Shown here: piece by piece, positions 63,828 to 64,000 of the stretch | Layout: every line of letters begins with the position of its first letter | How positions within the stretch are numbered: position 1 is the first letter of the stretch | NCBI GenBank assembly: GCA_027858295.1 | Contig: JAQICZ010000043.1 | Location: forward strand, 23,699-87,698 | Reading direction: 5' to 3' | Length of the DNA stretch: 64,000 nt | DNA from: Nanobdellota archaeon | GTDB lineage: Archaea > Nanobdellota > Nanobdellia > Pacearchaeales > GW2011-AR1 | Translations under genes and position numbers: made by a program | The notes under the pieces: generated by a model | Told to the model about the DNA's origin: nothing | The model's database searches: none | The model's input: the letters and a program-made list of their open reading frames with translations, nothing else

Positions 63828-64000
63828 TTATTCAAAACAATCACTAAATAAGTTATTAATTAATTCTTCCTTATTCTCTTCAAAGATTCTATGTCCAAAA
63901 ACTCTCAACAGAACGTCTTTAATATCCTTAGTTTCTAATTGGCCTCGCTTTTCGAATAAGGCATTTGCCTTTGCTGCAAGTATTAAATGAACTGATGTCC
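63828..64000 (-). CDS. C-terminal fragment of an unidentified protein (N-terminus off window)
   Basis: Hand translation ...TSVHLILAAKANALFEKRGQLETKDIKDVLLRVFGHRIFEENKEELINNLFSDCFE, TAA at 63828-63830; resembles an AAA+ lid/helical tail, but that is a guess. Confidence 0.4.
   Translation of the reverse strand, partial: TSVHLILAAKANALFEKRGQLETKDIKDVLLRVFGHRIFEENKEELINNLFSDCFE

Noticed and set aside
1-64000. Chimeric assembly, with a Bacteroidota-like left part (MKK...AQ signal peptides, lipobox, ThyA) joined to an archaeal right part
   Set aside because: Repeat families cross the supposed junction. An R1 copy lies at 55772-55829. The CCATTCGCTTTGGAATATGG core occurs at 15.7, 16.7, 44.3, 44.7, 50.5, 50.7 and 54.2 kb. 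The ACGCACCCGCTGC hairpin module occurs at 43.8 and 55.6 kb. Base composition looks uniform by eye. Read-pair validation is still advisable.

Overview
AT-rich 64-kb window (about one-third G+C by eye) from an archaeal, probably DPANN-like genome. The archaeal call rests on an L18e-L13-S9 ribosomal operon, since L18e is absent from Bacteria. No database or structure searches were run. Family calls rest on motifs I recognise, and all repeats were found by eye, so copy lists are minimum sets.

Right third (44.9-64 kb): mixed-strand housekeeping and bacterial-type genes. These are uvrB, a short uvrC, an HU-family protein, two RRM RNA-binding paralogs, a XerA-like tyrosine recombinase, a patatin-like lipase, a HAD hydrolase, a LysE-type exporter, a pentapeptide-repeat protein and a DUF1385 protein.

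Left two thirds (1-43.7 kb): about 60 genes, all on the minus strand and almost all orphans.
- At least 12 products carry a signal peptide or an N-terminal membrane anchor.
- The only families I recognise are thyA, a decayed PhoH-type PIN gene and a HerA/FtsK-type ATPase.
- The array ends about 790 bp from the 3' end of tRNA-Leu(CAA), with tandem 0.2-0.3 kb repeats in between. I read this as an integrated element or hypervariable island whose left end lies outside the window.

The most unusual signal is non-coding:
- Several families of structured, GC-armed repeats sit at gene junctions. R1 has at least 13 copies and behaves like a portable promoter plus leader, and three copies sit upstream of genes of a four-member family with a conserved N-terminal peptide. 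R2 carries a micro-ORF. R3 is built from TTGACGG heptamers that recur inside the ATPase gene.
- Two intergenic segments are flanked by perfect inverted repeats and could be invertible switches or MITEs.
- A modular repeat family (core CCATTCGCTTTGGAATATGG) occurs in both the island and the core.
- A hairpin module shows compensatory changes between its two copies.
- At least four island genes are disrupted by in-frame stops or frameshifts.
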